Shown here in pieces: positions 14,150 to 26,370 of a stretch of DNA of 64,000 nucleotides; the first letter of the stretch is position 1; each line of letters begins with the position of its first letter. Source of the DNA: Octopus vulgaris. Its lineage: Eukaryota. Under the pieces are notes generated by a model. The model had not been told where the DNA came from and ran no database searches. It saw only the letters and a program-made list of their open reading frames with translations. The stretch spans positions 74,896,001 to 74,960,000 of the forward strand of contig OX597825.1 of assembly GCA_951406725.2 (NCBI GenBank). The letters are read 5' to 3'. Position numbers and translations under genes: made by a program.

Positions 14150-14400
14150 TATTGTTCATGAGATGCATGTTGCCTGTCATGAAAATTAGCATTAGTCAAA
14201 GTTTTCATCAGAAAGGGATGATCTTACCCATAGAGAACAAACACTCTACTGCAGCACTAGAGGGAATGGCTGTGTTGAACTTGATGAAAAAGTCCACCAA
14301 CTCTTGCTCACCCAAGAAGGCAGCATCTGTCAGCAAGTCCTTGGAGTTGGTCTCCAACAAGGTCTTGACCAAATTCTGGGCCTTGTCCTTGAGTGACCTG
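14150..14400 (-). mobile_element. hAT transposase C-terminal dimerisation-domain remnant
   Basis: Minus strand FFIKFNTAIPSSAAVECLFSMGK matches the hAT PxSSAxVERxFS motif. Confidence 0.75.
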
Positions 14401-14524
14401 TAGCTCCTGCTGCTCTCTTTTGGCTGGGTGACACCACTGAAGAAGTCATCTCCTCCTCTTCATTGTTACTTCCTCCACCATTGCCGCTCACTTATTTTTT
14501 TTTACATTATTTAGAATTAACGAG

Positions 14525-14740
14525 GCAGCAAGCTGGCAGAATCGTTAGCATGCCAGGCAAATGCTTAGCAGCATTTCATCTGTCTTTACGTTTTGAGTTC
14601 AAATACCACCAAGGTCAACTTTGCCTTTCGTCCTTTCAGAGTCGATAAAATTTGTATCAGTTGAACGGTGGGGGTTGATGTAATCGATTCATCCCCTCAC
14701 CCAAAATTGCTGCCCTTGCATCAAAATTTGAAACCATTAT
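14525..14740 (+). mobile_element. SINE family B copy
   Basis: GCTGGCAGAATCGTTAGC head, GAGTTCAAAT B-box, conserved core GTCAACTTTGCCTTTCGTCCTTTC...GTCGATAAA; homologues at 26155, 47410-48160, 53625 and 58100. Confidence 0.75.
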
Positions 14741-15529
14741 TTAGAATTAACCAGGATTTACCTTGTGGTTTCAAGGTTTCTATTGATAGTTTTTAGAATG
14801 GCATTGCAGGGTAGGTGTGAGAGGTTGAATCTGGCCAGTTTAACATAAACCAGGCAGAATATTTAGGCTTGATATGGCTGCTTTAAATGCTAAAGGATTA
14901 AACTGGATTTTTAAAAATCTGCAGTTCACCGTTTGAGAACCACTGCAACAGAATGCAGTCTGAATTACAGGGATTAGCAAGGACTAAGGGATGAAAGAGA
15001 AAGTGGATCTATAATTTGTATGTTTCTGGCAATTGATAGGTGGGGGTTTATGACTGTGCCAAAACCAACAGATGTTGGTGTAGTCTAAATGGACTTACTT
15101 AGATTCATCATTGACATCTTTAATTTAACATCCAATTTTCCTTGATAGCATGGACTGAACTGTACAACATGAGCTAACAAGCCAGAGGGACTCTTGTAAT
15201 TTTTGGTTGAAGGAGAGGAAGCTGTGACTCATGGACTCCCGTTAATCACTTTGATCCCTCTAAGCAACTCTGCTGGTAACCAGTGACTAAGAACCAGCCT
15301 CTTCCTTCTATGCTTGCTTGGACATTAGTTATGAATGATGGTATAAGAGAGAGATACAGCATTAAGTGCCATTTAATAGGGCTGCCTCCCAAAGCATCAC
15401 TTTTGGGTTTGGGCCCCTCACTTATCTAACAGTAAGCCTCCGCTTGAATACCTTCATTATATATAACCTCGAGAATATAATGGTATTATATAACTAAGAG
15501 CTACCAAAAGATCCAATCTTTATTGCAGG

Positions 15530-15940
15530 ATGGAGGCTTGTATGTTTCAGTGACCCCGTGAGTTATGCCAGTAGGATACAAGCTCCTGGTAAAGCTTCCC
15601 ATGCTGGACAGGTCAAAGGATAGAGGTTGCACAAATATAGACTTTCTCTTCCAAGAGGTTAAAATGGTTTCATGTAGAGCCAACACTTCTAGCTAGAAAA
15701 AAAGTTAAGTTACAGAAGCATTGATGAAAACTGAAACCTAAGAGAGGAAGGCCTTTCCTCAGGGAAACATATGACCCAGTACAGAAAAATCTGAAAGAAT
15801 AGTGAGGTAGATATGAAGTAGAGGGGATTAAATTGAAGAGAAGTAGAAAAGGCAATCCAGAGTTGAAAACAGTGGAGAAAAGTCATCGATGGCCGAGGCT
15901 CCAGAGGGAAGAATGGGCTTGAGTAAGTATGTAACTAAGC
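15530..15940 (+). mobile_element. Internally deleted RTE-derived non-autonomous retroelement
   Basis: RTE-type 5' UTR (GGCTTGTATG...TGACCC..GAGTTATGCC...GGACAGGTCAAAGG) joined to an ORF C-terminus (QWRKVIDG) and a TAAG-like tail; homologous to 28845-29330. Confidence 0.6.
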
Positions 15941-17109
15941 GAGCAAGTGAGTATAATGTAATCTGGCAAAGGAGTGAATTCCATTAAAGAAACCTAAGTA
16001 CCGAGTGGATGTATTAAACAAAGTTGCGTGTTAAATCAACAAAAAAAGGAGATAATAGAAATGATAACAATAAAGGGTTTGTCTATTTATGTAACCACTT
16101 ATCTCTCCATCCATCAACAGTTTAACTGTCAATTTAAGGAAACTACATAAGCTGGAATTTGTCAACTCACCGTCTCATATTTCATGCATGTCGTTTGTTG
16201 TCTATTTGTCTCGTTGACACAAATGTCATTACATAAAAATGTTTTCTCTGATTTCTTTCTTTGCGCTTGATTTTCTTTTTTCTTTAACAGGGAAAACTTT
16301 GGCATCAAAGTTAAGATATTATTACACCGACGAATATTTAACAATGGTTCGTTTGTTTGTTTTGTTCCGTTAACCAATGAAATCAGAGTGAAATCAAATG
16401 ATCTATTCATTTCATCAAAATTGCCAGATTAATTAATAAACATTCGTGAATCTAAAAGCAGCTGAAGTTTGTTTTTGTTTTGTTTTTTGACAATGAACCT
16501 GTGTATCTCACCTGATCATGGAACCAATAAGCAAACAAGGGTTGATCTATCCTAGTGTTTCCTAATCTTTTACAGCTCCCTGCTTTTGACATGCTGAATC
16601 AGTTAGCAAAATACCATGTCCCCACAACCAAGTAACATGTACATACCAGTTACGAGGACTGTGATTAGTATATAAATTGGTCTATTCAGTTGTATTACAT
16701 CACTAAACTTAGTGATTATTTAACCATTGTATTCATGGATAGTTAATGGGTTCGATGTGGTACTGAAGAAAGAGCAATAATTCTTGAAACACAGATATAC
16801 ACCAATTACCTATTTTTCTATATTTTATTGCATTATTTGCATAAGATGTATTCAGATATGAAGGTAATAACTTTTGGTGCTGGCTCTAAATTCCACCGAA
16901 AATCTGCAGGGATACACTTAAAATATTGCGAGTGGTGTATCAATCATAGAGAGAGCTATTTTGCAGGAGACTTTCATGGGACAAGTCTCATCAATGCCAA
17001 AAATTATTTTTTCAAAACATTTGTCTCCTTTATGAAGCAACTTTATCTACATATAGATACATAGATGTATGTGTGCATATATATATATATATGTGTGTGT
17101 GTGTATGTA

Positions 17110-17320
17110 TACAAGAGGGTCCTGGTTTTGAGTAAAAGAAAATACAGGAGAGTGAGATAATTATGATTTTGGTCAGTATATTCCCTTCTCAGATTCACAC
17201 ACTTATTGCAGTAGTCCTTCAGTTTTTCTAAACCCTGTAAAAGAACTCAGAAGGCTGGGCTTCCAGCCAAGCCTTTCATGATACTCTTAAAGCCAGGAAC
17301 TTTTCAGCACTCCTTCATAT
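17110..17320. mobile_element. Probable mariner-derived MITE
   Basis: About 210 bp between (TA)/(CA) tracts, with imperfect inverted ends (CCTGG.TT / AAGCCAGG); right end CCAGGAACTTTTCAGCACTCC. Confidence 0.45.
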
Positions 17321-17549
17321 GTAACTTTGTGCGTGTATATACATACACACACACACATATGTATGTATATGTATATATGTATATATAAAATATTAGAAAA
17401 AACCACCTTTTAACAATTCAAAATGAATAATTAAATTGCACCATCTAGAAAATTACATAAATAGAAAAGTTAAAATTAAAATAACAATTAAAAAGTAAAG
17501 ATTAAGTTTGGATTTTATTCCCTCAAATAATAATTATATATATATATAT

Positions 17550-18870
17550 GGTTACGGAGAGGGTTATAGCCCAACTAATTAGAGAGAGAGTTAGCCTAGA
17601 TCAGATGCAGTTTGGGTTCGTGCCAGGAAAAGTACTACTGATGCTATTTTCATGGTAAGACAGCTGCAAGAGAAATACCTAGCCAAAGACAAGCCCCTAT
17701 ACCTGGCTTTTGTTGATATGGAGAAAGCCTTCGACAGGGTCCCCCGATCCCTCATCTGGTGGTCAATGAGGAAACTAGGGATAGATGAATGGTTAGTGAA
17801 AGCTGTACAAGCCATGTACAGAGACGCTGCTAGTAAGGTGAGGGTTGGCACCGAGTACAGTGAAGAATTCAGGGTAGAGGTTGGGGTCCACCAAGGTTCA
17901 GTCCTCAGTCCCCTCCTATTTATCATAGTCCTCCAGGCAATAACGGAGGAATTCAAGACAGGATGCCCCTGGGAGCTCCTCTATGCTGATGACCTTGCTC
18001 TAATTGCTGAGTCTCTATCAGAACTAGAGGAGAAGTTTCAGGTATGGAAACAAGGTTTAGAATCGAAGGGCCTTAGAATCAACCTAGCCAAAACCAAAGT
18101 CCTAATAAGTTGGAAGGTAGACCAATCACAAACGCCTTCAGGTAGATGGCCCTGCTCGATCTGTAGAAAAGGTGTAGGTAGAAACTCTATAAGATGCACC
18201 AAGTGTAAGCTATGGACACATAAGAGGTGCAGCAATGTCAAAGGAAGGCTAACTAGGAAGATGGTTTTTGTATGTGGCAGATGCTCAGGAACAATTAACA
18301 CTGAAGATGCTCTGAGACCAACTTCCATCACTTTCCAGGGAGAAAAGCTAGAAGTAGTTGATAGTTTCCGTTACCTAGGTGACCAAGTTAGTAGCGGGGG
18401 CGGGTGCGCTGAGAGTATAACTGCTAGAGTAAGAATAGCCTGGGCAAAGTTTAGAGAGCTCTTACCTCTGCTGGTGACAAAAGGCCTCTTGCTCAAAGTA
18501 AAAGGCAGACTGTATGATGCATGTGTACGTACAGCCATGCTACATGGTAGTGAAACTTGGGCTGTGACTGCTGAGGATTTGCGTAAGCTCGCAAGAAATG
18601 AAGCTAGTATGCTCCGATGGATGTGTAACGTCAGTGTTCATAATCGACAGAGTGTAAGTACCTTGAGAGAAAAGTTGAACCTAAGAAGTATCAGTTGTTG
18701 TGTGCAAGAGAGACGTATGCGCTGGTATGGTCATGTGATGAGAATGGCTGAAGATAGTTGTGTGCGAAAGTGCCACACAACTTCCAGCTTCACAGACCCC
18801 AGTTGAACCGTCCAACCCATGCTAGCATGGAGAACGGACGCTAAATGATGATGATGATGATGATGATGAT
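17550..18870 (+). mobile_element. RTE-clade LINE, 5'-truncated and internally deleted; open RT frame 17652-18806
   Basis: RT motifs FVDMEKAFDRV, GVHQGSVLSPLLF, LYADDL and FRYLG; RTE C-terminal LHGSETW and RMRWYGHVMR; jumps at about 18780 to the 3' end and (GAT)n tail. Confidence 0.93.
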
Positions 18871-18879
18871 ATATATATA

Positions 18880-20217
18880 TTGGGTCATCCCATAAAGAAT
18901 GCGGTTTTTTTAATAGCATGAACTAAAAGCTGGAGAGGGGATGGGATAAACTACCTGCATCAACTTGCTATAAAAGCAGGTAGTAATTTTACCTTGTGCT
19001 TACTCTTAGTGCAAGTTTTAAAGAGTACAGTTCGATTTTAACAGTTATTTTTTCAAAGCTATAATGGAAGTAGCAAAGGAGCATGTTCAGTTTATTTTAC
19101 ATTATGAATTCAATAAAGGCAACAACACAATGGAAAGTGCGAAGAATATTAATGCAGTGTATGGGGATTGGACAATAAGCGTAAGCCAGTGTCAACAGTG
19201 GTTCCAGAAATTCTGAGCTAGAAACTACAGCCTAGAAGACAAGTCTCATCCTGGAAAATCTGTAGAGCTCCACGAGGACATACTGCAAACCCTAATGGAA
19301 CAAAATCGCATCATAACTGTTGAGAAACTATCTGAGAAGCTTGGATTTGGTCATTCAACCATTCATTGACACCTGTGTGCTATTGGAAAAGTCAGCAAAT
19401 TGGGTTAATGGGTTACTCACAAACTTTCCGAGTCTAGTTGTGCGCAGAGAGTGAATGTGTGCTTTTCTTTACTGTCACGTCTCACAAATGAACCTTTTTG
19501 GAACTGAATAGTGACTGGTGACAAGAAATGGGTTCTCTATAAAAATGTCAAGAGCTGGAGACAGTGGGTAGGGAAAGGAGGAACACCAGAACACCAGGCT
19601 AAAGGTCTTCCCCCATGTAAGGTGTTGCTATCTGCTTTGTGGGATATAAAAGGTTTAGTCCACTTTGAACTTTTAAACCCAAACCAAATTATAACAAAGG
19701 ATATCTACCCTGAGCAGCTTAAGTCAGCACTAGAAAAAAAAATTACCATCTTTAGTTTCAAGATGTGTACTGTCGTCAGCTGAACAAAGAAATCAAAGAA
19801 CTGAGGCCAAAGATTGCCTTCAGAAAATGGGTAGTGTTCCAACTAGACAATACCCTACCACATATGTCTTTGGCTAACCGAACAAAGTTACATGACCTTG
19901 GCTGGGATCTCTTAACCCATATACTATATTCTCCTGGTATTGTGCCATCCGACTACCACTTGTTTTAGTCTCTACAGAACTCATTGCAAAGAAAAACATT
20001 TAATGATTTAGATGGAGTCAAAGTGCATCTAGATAACTTTTTTTCCTCAAAACCAGTCAAATTTTATGTTGATGGACTATTTAAATTGCCTGATAGGTGG
20101 GCAAAGGTCATTAATAATGATGGAAATTATTTCATTGAATAAAATTTATTGAAAGGTCAATTATTTACATCTCTTTTTACATATCAAAAAATGCTCATAA
20201 CTTTCCAGACAACCTAA
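18880..20217 (+). mobile_element. Mariner (D,D34D) pseudo-element, composite of two subfamilies
   Basis: TA-flanked; transposase starts at 19064 (MEVAKEHV...); VTGDKKWVLY, FQLDNTLPH and YSPGIVPSDYHLF motifs; stops and frameshifts. Confidence 0.9.
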
Positions 20218-21256
20218 TAAGAGTTAAAATGATGATATATACATGTCTGTGTGTGTGTGTGAGTGTATATATATATATATACATACATACATACAGAGAG
20301 AGAGAGAGAGATGCAGCAGGTGTGGCTGTGTAGTTAAGAACCCAACCATGGGTTTAGCTCCGCAATGTGGCACCTTGGGCAAGTATCTTCTATAGCCCCA
20401 AGCCAAATAAAGTGAATAGATTTGATAGACAGTATATATGTGTGTGTGTGTACATATATACATACCCACACACACACACACACACATACATATGCTGGTG
20501 CCACATATAAAGCACCCATTCTACTCTGTAAAGTAGTTGGCATTAGGAAAGGTATCCAGCCATAGAAGCCAATGCAAAATAGACAATTGGAGCCTAGTGA
20601 ATCTCTTTGGCCTTCCAGCTTCTATCAAAATGTTCAACCCATGCCAGCAAGGAAAACAGATGTTAACTGATGATGATGATGATATTAATATATATATATT
20701 CAGTCACATACACACATATGCACATACATTAATGCTAATTAAGTAAAGTACTATGTTAGTGTGCCTGTCTGGGTCTATATAATTCACTGTCTACAAATAT
20801 TAATATATATAATGTAATAACTAGGTTTATATAGAAATGGAAACTATAAGATATGTTTGAGATTATTGTTTTGAGCAAATTGATTTAAAAGGACATACCT
20901 TTGAATTAAATAAAAATGGGAAGAACATCAATGAATAATAAATAATAATTCCAGTTAAAAAAAAACAACATAAAAGAAAATAGAAAATTGTAACTAAATA
21001 TGATAAAAAATTGACAAAACAAAATCAATATTTGCAAGATGAAAAATAATTTATTTGAGTAAGTCTCTGATACATTAATATTGATCTCTTTTGACTAGAT
21101 ACAAAGCTAATTCATTCTGTTTGTTGTCTTCTTTTTTTTTTTTTTTAAAATGCAGAGATTGTAGTCAGCTTGATACAAGTTCCATAAAACTGTAGTAAGA
21201 TCAGTTTGGTAATGTGAGTTTTATTTTTAGTCGGATCATTTCTGTTCACTTATACG

Positions 21257-21526
21257 AGTGGTTTCCAAAACGGGTGGTACTACCCCACTGGTGGGCATTG
21301 AAGAAAAGCGGAGCAATAATGGGGTGGCCAAAAGGGGTGCAATGGATGTAAAAAAATCTCAAAAATAATGAGTTAATTAGGTTAAGTTTTATTTGTGAAA
21401 TATAATTGTTTTGAATTTGCTGCAGAAAGTGGCTCAGGGTTGTAGTGGTGAGTGGGGTGTTAAGGCGCTAGGAACGTGGCCTGGGTGTCAAGCGGGTGGC
21501 AGCCTGAAAATGTTTGGAAACCACTG
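21257..21526. mobile_element. hAT-type MITE
   Basis: Terminal inverted repeats AGTGGTTTCCAAA ... TTTGGAAACCACT. Confidence 0.7.
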
Positions 21527-21538
21527 ACTTATACCATA

Positions 21539-21910
21539 CTAGCAGTATCGCCCGGCGTTGCTCAGGTTTGTAAGGGAAATAACTATAAAGCATTTTTAGA
21601 GAGTTATAGCCAAAAAATAGAAAAAAAATGATGGTAAATTTTTTTTGAGAGTTAAAACAGGTGGAGTTGCGTCCCCTAGACGGTCTGTGGTTTGGGTTTC
21701 TCATTCTCGACCCCATGTCGAATTTATCGATTTTTCAGAACTGGGGGAACTTTTCAAAATTTTGGCTGCGTTAGTTTTGAATTATGACATTGGGCTATGT
21801 GTGTGTCAAGTTTCATCAGAATCGGTTGAAAGCCGTGGTCAGAGTGAGGGTACGAGAAAACAGACACACAGAAACACGCACAGACAAACTGCCGTTTATA
21901 TAGAGAGAGA
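21539..21910 (-). mobile_element. Non-autonomous Helitron
   Basis: Minus strand starts TC(TCTCTATATAAA), ends with hairpin CCTGAGCAACGCCGGG followed by CTAG; inserted between A and T. Confidence 0.8.
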
Positions 21911-22492
21911 TGTATGGAATTTGGGACCAGTTTTAGCAGCAAGAAGGGTGATAGGCACAAGCAAACTGATTTTTTCTTGCCACAAGACATGGAAATGAAG
22001 TCTTTGATATTGAATCAATCATCAATTAAGAAATATGAAAGTGATGCCAATGGAATATGAAAAAATATTTGCTTGACACCTTAGGCAAGTGTCTTCTACT
22101 ATAGCTCCAGGCAAATCAAAATGAGTGGATTTGGCAGATGGAAACTGAAAGATGTCCATCTTGCTTTATCATGGCTTAGAGTTGTTTTGACTCTTATTTC
22201 TAGCATTGGATTTAGTAGATGGAAACTGAAAGAATTCCATCATATATATATATATATATGTATATATATTTATATATATCAACATGTGTTTGTCCTCCAA
22301 CACTGCCTGACAAATCAGTGTTGGTATTTACGCCCCAGTAACTTAGCAGTTCAGCAAAAGAGATTGATAGAATAAATACCAGGCTTTAAAAAGGTAAAAA
22401 TAAGTACTGGGACTGATTCATTCAACTAAAATTATCTAATAATTTACCACCTTATATATATATATACATATATATATATATGTGTGTGTGTG

Positions 22493-22830
22493 AAGGTGCA
22501 ATGGTCCAGTGGTTAGGGCAGTGCACTCATGGTCGTAAGATCGCAGTTTTGATTCCCAAACTAGGTGTTGTGAATGTTTATTGAGGCTCTGGCAGGGGGT
22601 GGTGGCAAACACTGCTATACTCTTTCACCACAACTTGCTCTCACTTTTCCTGTTTCTGTTGTACCTGTATTTAAAAGGGCCAGCCTTGTCACACTGAATC
22701 TCCCTGAGAACTACATTAAGGGTACATGTGTCTGTGGAGTGCCCAGCTACTTGCATGTTAATTTCACGAGCAAGCTGTTCCGTTGATCGTATCAGCTGGG
22801 ACCCTTGTTGTTGCAACCGATGGAGTTCCA
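22493..22830 (+). mobile_element. tRNA-derived SINE family C copy
   Basis: TGGTCCAGTGGTTAGGGCA A-box head; homologous to 49355-49735. Confidence 0.75.
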
Positions 22831-22855
22831 CAATATATATATATATATATATATA

Positions 22856-24090
22856 TTGGGTTGCCTGGAAAGTTCATGCCAATTTATAGTAGCTTACCTT
22901 TCGACTTATTTTAGAACATGGTTTAGTCCATAAAATAGGATTTGACTACACCTCCATTTAGAGCATAGTTTAAGCTATCTTTTCGTGGAAGAAGGTTTAT
23001 GTTCCTATAACCTGTGTTAATTCTGTAACCCTTTAAAATGGAAGATAAGAAAGTTCATTTTCAGTACTTGATGCTTTTCTTTTTCCGTAAAGGGAAAAAT
23101 GCCTCACAAACAAGGAAAGAAATATGCGCAGTTTACGGTGACGTTTCTTTATCCAAAAGAACTGTACAGAAGTGGTTCACAAGGTTCCGAACTGGAGATT
23201 GTAGCCTTATTGATAAAGAGTGATCAGGCAGACCATCCACTACAGATGATGACCAAATCAAGTCATTAATTGAGAATAACCCACATTACATAACCCGAGA
23301 ATTGGCAGAAAGCCTCAACCTATCAAAATCTGTCATTCATGAGCACTTGGTGAAGCTTGTGTACACAAACCGCTACGATGTTTGGGTACCACAGGAATTG
23401 AGTGAGAGGAACTTTTTGGATTGCATTTCCATCTGTGATTCGCTTTATAAACGGAATGAAAGCGCGCCTTTTTTAAAGCAAATTGTTACAAGTGATGAGA
23501 AATGGATTATCTACCGAAATTTTCAGAGAAAATGATCCTGGAGTAAGTGACATGAGCCACCCCAAAAGCAGGTCTTCACCCTAAAAAAGTGTTGCTTTGT
23601 GTCTGGTGGGAATGGAAAGGAATTCTGTACTGTGAGCTTATCCCAAGTAACTAGACAATTAATTCTGAGAAATACTGCTACACAACTGGATGAGTTAAAA
23701 GCAGCAATTCAAGAGAAACGTCCAGAATTGGCCAACAGGAAGGGTGTTTTTTTCCAACATGATAATGCAAGGCCGCATGTTTCTTTGGGAACCAGACAAA
23801 AATTGCTGCAGCTCAGCTGGGATGTGATACCCCACCCACCATATTCACCAGATATTGCTCCTTCGGATTTCCACCTATTCAGGTCTCTGCAGAATAGTCT
23901 TAATGGTAAAAATTTCAATTCCTTGGATGACGTAAAAAGATATCTTGATGAATTCTTTGCCATGAAACCACCTCAATTCTGGGAAGAGGGTATTTTCAAG
24001 TTAAAGGAAAGATGGAGACGCATTGTGCAACAAAATGGTTCATATTTGGTTGATTAAAGATATAATGGCAAGTATTTATTGACCTTTTTA
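22856..24090 (+). mobile_element. Mariner element, near full length, transposase pseudogenised
   Basis: TIR TTGGGTTGCCTGGAAAGTTC after (TA)n; MEDKKVHF..., WVPQEL, VTSDEKW, HDNARPH, YSPDIAPSDFHLF; several stop codons. Confidence 0.93.
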
Positions 24091-24100
24091 CTTTCTGAGT

Positions 24101-24136
<36 letters not shown>

Positions 24137-24137
24137 T

Positions 24138-24470
24138 GAAGGCGCATGGCTCAGTGGTTAGAGCGTCGAGCTTACGATCGTGATGTTGTGAGCTCGAATC
24201 CCGGACCAGGCTGCGTGTTGTGTTCTTGAGCAAGACACTTTATTTCACGTTGCTCCAGTTCACTCAGCTGTAGAAATGAGTTGCGACGTCACAGGTGCCA
24301 AGCTGTATCGACCTTTGTCTTTCCCTTGGATAACACTGGTGGCGTGGAGAGGGAGGCCGGTATGCATGGGTGACTGCTGGTCTTCCATAAAAAAACCTTG
24401 CCCAGACTTGTGCCTCAGAGGGTAACTCTCTAGGTGCAAACCCATGGTCACTCATGACCGAAGGGGGTAA
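24138..24470 (+). mobile_element. tRNA-derived SINE family D
   Basis: TGGCTCAGTGGTTAGAGC A-box, CTCGAATCCC B-box, CORE-like GTGTTCTTGAGCAAGACACTT; 3' part repeated at 50212-50410. Confidence 0.8.
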
Positions 24471-24496
24471 GAAGAAAAAGATATATATATATATAT

Positions 24497-25251
24497 AACT
24501 GAGTTATTGACAAAGCCTAGAAGTGGTCATGGGTGAGTAAATGCTGAACTTAAGAATATCATTCACACACAGTAGTGTGTGAATGATATTTTTTGAAAAG
24601 ATTAGCACCACAACACTCGTCTTGATGAGTTCTAAAATATGAGGTAAGAAAAAAATTTTTAGGTTTTGAATTTGATTTTAGGCATTACCACTTTTTTCAG
24701 CACATTTGGCTCCAGTAGATTTTTGTTTAAAAATATTTTTTTTACATAATTGGCATCATCAGATTTCTGTAGTGGAGATCTATCAGAAAAGTTGAATTTA
24801 AATATAGTTTTCTTTTGAAATAAGAATAATATTTAGAGTCAAATTCGATTTCAGGTGTTAATCTTTTTTTTTCCTTCAGCAGTTTTTACCTCAGTACTTT
24901 TTTCTACGGAATATTTTTGCATATAAGTAACATGGATAGATTCCTCTCACTGAGATCTATCATAAAAGCTAAAATAAAAGATAAATTTATGTTTAAAAAA
25001 GATATTTGGACTCAAGTTGATTTCAGGCATTACTCTCCTGATTTTGACCTCATATTTTACTGAAACTTTTTTCTACCAATGCAATTTTCAAGTTTTGTAG
25101 CTTAAAATGTAGCTTAGGGTGTTACCAATCTAAAAACGTAAACAATATCTAATTTGGTTAAAAACTGAGTTAGTGACAAAGCTTAGAAGTGGTCAAGAGT
25201 GAGTAAATGTTGACCTTAAGAATATTATTCACACACTGTGTGTGAATGATG
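24497..25251. mobile_element. Helentron/DINE-like element with internal ~175-bp tandem repeats
   Basis: ~90-bp direct repeat (24497 and 25163) ending in hairpin ATTCACACAC..GTGTGTGAAT; internal GATTTCAGGC-like units at about 24672, 24846 and 25017. Confidence 0.5.
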
Positions 25252-25768
25252 TGTGTGTGTGACAAGCTTCTTTAAGTTTCTGTCAACCAAATCAAGGCTT
25301 TGGTCGACCTAAGGCTATATTAGAAGACACCCAAGTTATCAGTATTTTACAGTCACCAAATCTCCTCTAAAATATTCCCTAAAAAGTAATATTTTAGGAT
25401 CATGCTTGTGGATTAGCACTAGAAGTGAGTTGACAGTAATACTATCACTTGATCCTTGAATGCTTTCATTCCATTATGAGTATTTGGATGAGAGCCCCAT
25501 CCTCTAGTTCCCTCATATACACACACGCATATACATAAATACTTGCTCAAGGTTCCACATAATGGGACTGAACTCAAAGCTATGTGGTTGGGAAGTAAAC
25601 TCTTTAATCACACAGCCATAAGCATAATAATTCTGTTTCAACCCCCAGTAAGCAATTTTTCTTTAACTCCCTCCAAAAATGTTTTTGCCTAAACAAAAAC
25701 AAAAAAGAACTGAGTATGTTGTTGGCTTTTAACCCCAAGTTAAACCTGATTCAGTACTCCTAAGATAA

Positions 25769-25822
<54 letters not shown>

Positions 25823-26154
25823 GTTATTATTTTTTGCATTTCTAGGAATGCATTATCTAATGTATCCTTCCTTTTCTTTAAGATGTTAGAGCAGTTAAGA
25901 ACAAAATGCAGCTGGTTGGACTTCCTGAAAGGCATACCTAATAAAAAAAAACTACCATGGACATTTTTCAGTAGTGTTGGCTTGTCTGATGATGAGTCAT
26001 GTCTCATGCAGTTCTCTTCTCAAAAAAAAAAGGCTGCCCATGCTTGTGTCAAAGTGTGTGATTTGAAGGGTGTTTGGCTGCTATCTCTTGCAGATTGATC
26101 AACCATACAAAGACCCTTACATTGGCTTGAAACCAATATTGTAATGTTACTGAG

Positions 26155-26370
26155 GCAGTGAGCCAGCAGAATTGCTAGCACACCGGACAAAATACTTAGT
26201 GTCATTTCATCCATCCTTACATTTTGAGCTCAAATTCTGCCAAGATCAACTTTGCCTTTCATCCTTTTGGGGCCAATAAAATACGTACCAGTTGAACACT
26301 GGGGTCAATGTAATTGAGTTACTACATCCCACTGAAACTGCAGGCATTGTGCCAAAATTTGAAATCAATA
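26155..26370 (+). mobile_element. SINE family B copy
   Basis: Homologous to 14525-14740. Confidence 0.75.

Noticed and set aside
17591-18331. Antisense ORFs over the RTE, mariner and histone genes
   Set aside because: Shadow frames of real coding sequence on the other strand.
24138-24215. Possible tRNA genes (also 35433, 49355, 57405)
   Set aside because: A/B boxes run into SINE bodies present in multiple copies; no clean acceptor stem or poly-T terminator.
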